From NCBI RefSeq assembly GCF_006345805.1, contig NC_043003.1:52948001-53012000 (forward strand): DNA of 64,000 nucleotides, in the 5' to 3' direction. The position numbers were made by a program, and so were the translations under genes. The notes below the pieces were generated by a model. The model saw nothing but the letters and a program-made list of their open reading frames with translations. It did not search any database and was not told where the DNA came from. Of this stretch, positions 63,251-64,000 are shown one piece after another; position 1 is the stretch's first letter, and every line of letters starts with the position of its first letter. This stretch comes from Octopus sinensis (Eukaryota).

Positions 63251-64000
63251 GATTGGGGACACACCGTCTCCATGGAAGATTCCTCTCTTGATTTTCACCT
63301 CTCCTAGTACTAGCTTCCCTGCTGTCAATTCCGTTCTCCAGCATTTCATGCTACTCCATATAAGACTTCTCATATTTTCTGCTATTCCATACATTTCCAT
63401 TGCTGTTATTTTCCAGAAGTTTGCTGTTATTTTCCAGGAGTGTCTATTCATGGAGCTCTTCCACTTCATCCAATAACCTTGGACCCCATCCGATCCTGGT
63501 CTCTTCCAGTTTGGGAATTTTCTTAACTGCTTTTGTATCATTTTTGTAGTTATCTTTATGTATCTTGGACTTCTATATTTCTTAACCTATCTTGGATTTC
63601 AGGTAGCCACTCCGCTCCCTCATTATGCTCTACAGTTTGGTTCCAGATCCCACTCCTGAATGCCTTGCTTTCCACTGCATCTGGTATCCTTGTGACGTGT
63701 ATTTGTCCATCTAGTTCCTGAAACAGTTTCATCTGATTTGCTTGAAGCAATTTGTTTTGCCTGAACTGGCTTTTGCTATTGTCACATCTTTCCAGCTTTG
63801 CTTTAATTGCTCTTACTCTTTGTTTCAATTCTTCCAAAATCACAAAATAACCTTTATATCTTATTCTGTATGTTCTTTCCAGCATTATCCTTATACTTTC
63901 GTTCTGCAATTCCCCTTTTCTCAATCTATCAACTTGTCCTAAATGTCTTTTAAAATTTTTTCTCACAAATTTCTCTACGCCAGTATGGTTTTTAAAGTTC
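63247..64000 (-). mobile_element. Internally deleted fragment of a further R4/Dong-like LINE, continuing beyond the window
   Basis: EELKQRVRAIKAKLER..FRQNKL, NWKRPGSDGVQGYWMK, then a jump to VKIKRGIFHGDGVSP with the intervening RT motifs missing. Confidence 0.75.

Overview
Eukaryotic, AT-rich, microsatellite-saturated genomic DNA. The repeat landscape points to an octopus (coleoid cephalopod), which is an inference. One host protein-coding gene is supportable: the ParaHox homeobox gene Gsx on the + strand. It has a SNAG/eh1-like MSRSFLVDSLI start at 35248 and a homeodomain at 41514-41693. By hand I find three coding exons, including a 69-nt frame-preserving middle exon (38381-38449) absent from the ORF track. 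The rest is transposon material. There are several tRNA-derived SINE families, a DD37D (maT) and two DD34D mariner elements, a decayed L1/Tx1-like LINE and a Penelope-like GIY-YIG fragment. At 54.6-64 kb lies a nest of R4/Dong-type restriction-like-endonuclease LINEs, with four of the five copies abutting (TAA)n-rich trinucleotide microsatellites. The most interesting leads are: (1) short (TA)n-embedded repeats carrying minimal hammerhead-ribozyme-like cores, with a related degenerate core right behind the Penelope GIY-YIG ORF; (2) the microsatellite landing pad for R4/Dong LINEs; (3) the hidden Gsx exon; (4) a SINE subfamily whose tail is always followed by GTA and which nests in its own family. 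No rRNA, genuine tRNA or CRISPR array is supported. Most ORF-track entries are microsatellite or antisense artefacts. Coordinates were counted by hand, and boundaries of old repeats are approximate.
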